IMG/VR virus record: IMGVR_UViG_3300043399_000877
Span: 310,001-374,000 of that record
Length of the DNA stretch: 64,000 bases
Reading direction: 5' to 3' (one strand)
Shown: in pieces, positions 63,544-64,000 of the stretch
Layout of the letters: the number at the start of each line of letters is the position of its first letter
Numbering within the stretch: position 1 is the first letter of the stretch
Translations under genes and position numbers: made by a program
Notes under the pieces: generated by a model
The model's database searches: none
What the model was told of the DNA's origin: nothing
What the model saw: only the letters and a program-made list of their open reading frames with translations

Positions 63544-63771
63544 TTAAGTTTGTGGCCGTGCGACCCATTTTCCCGAAAGGATCGCAAATGGGCCAATGTA
63601 CCAATGAGTAAAATGAACCAATTTGCTTTCGCTAAGTTCAGATACTTTTGAAAAGTATGGTTGAACTATTTCGTTATGCTTCCATGGAGTCAACGAGCGC
63701 CAATCATTTGATAGCAACAGTTTAATTATATGCTTTTTTGACTTGATTTCGTAGAGCTCGATGGCCATCAT
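63544..63771 (-). CDS. Hypothetical protein
   Basis: ORF with SD GAGG. Confidence 0.5.
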   Translation of the reverse strand: MMAIELYEIKSKKHIIKLLLSNDWRSLTPWKHNEIVQPYFSKVSELSESKLVHFTHWYIGPFAILSGKWVARPQT

Positions 63772-63789
63772 TCCCTCGTTTAGTTTAGT

Positions 63790-64000
63790 TTAGTTCACTG
63801 GATACAGCACAACGCAACGAGGTTTGGCGAGTATTTCTGCCCATTCGTCCGGGCCCATATCCGCCTCGTCAGGTGTCCAATTCGTGCTGTATACACTGCC
63901 GTACCAAGTGGTTTCGGCAATGTATACACAGTTTTCATCAGCGCCCTCAAGCGGGCTGTACCCGTTGCCTTCGGCATCCTTTTGCAGGATTACTTCTGAG
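63790..64000 (-). CDS. Partial hypothetical protein (5' end outside window)
   Basis: Hand-translated ...VILQKDAEGNGYSPL...CVVLYPVN*. Confidence 0.65.
   Translation of the reverse strand, partial: SEVILQKDAEGNGYSPLEGADENCVYIAETTWYGSVYSTNWTPDEADMGPDEWAEILAKPRCVVLYPVN

Noticed and set aside
63795-63977. Track ORF MPKATG...
   Set aside because: Another frame (63790-64000) gives a more plausible protein.

Overview
A 64-kb segment of a large (jumbo-type), T4-related myovirus genome, almost entirely coded on the minus strand, standard genetic code. The tRNA-His (no G-1, G1:U72) and GCTA-type sigma70 promoters point to an alphaproteobacterial host (inference). Left third (1-27 kb): tail/baseplate genes, including a sialidase-like tailspike, interleaved with ClpA, peptide deformylase, a DnaJ/CbpA protein, PhoH, ThyA, DHFR, clamp loader, MazG, BI-1, GroES, SNase, a DnaE fragment and IscA. 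Middle (27-41 kb): UvsE, a glycosyltransferase, QueD with a preQ1-I-like leader, DNA ligase, KdsA and many hypotheticals. 41-44 kb: a tandem array of about 10 small paralogs; two carry fragments of a gp23-type major capsid protein, one being the Gol-peptide region. 44-63 kb: a translation-rescue/RNA-repair island with about 15 tRNAs, several tRNA-like RNAs, two Pth2, RNA ligase, HAD and metallo-phosphatases, macro and ARH domains, and L7/L12- and S4-like proteins. Best candidate new system: the tRNA array is preceded by an unannotated 32-codon leader peptide with a terminator/antiterminator pair, and its first 22 codons are all read by tRNAs (one only a degenerate Asn-like RNA) in the downstream array. 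This suggests an attenuator that switches the array on when host tRNAs are depleted. All assignments come from motif recognition by eye; no database searches or folding programs were run.
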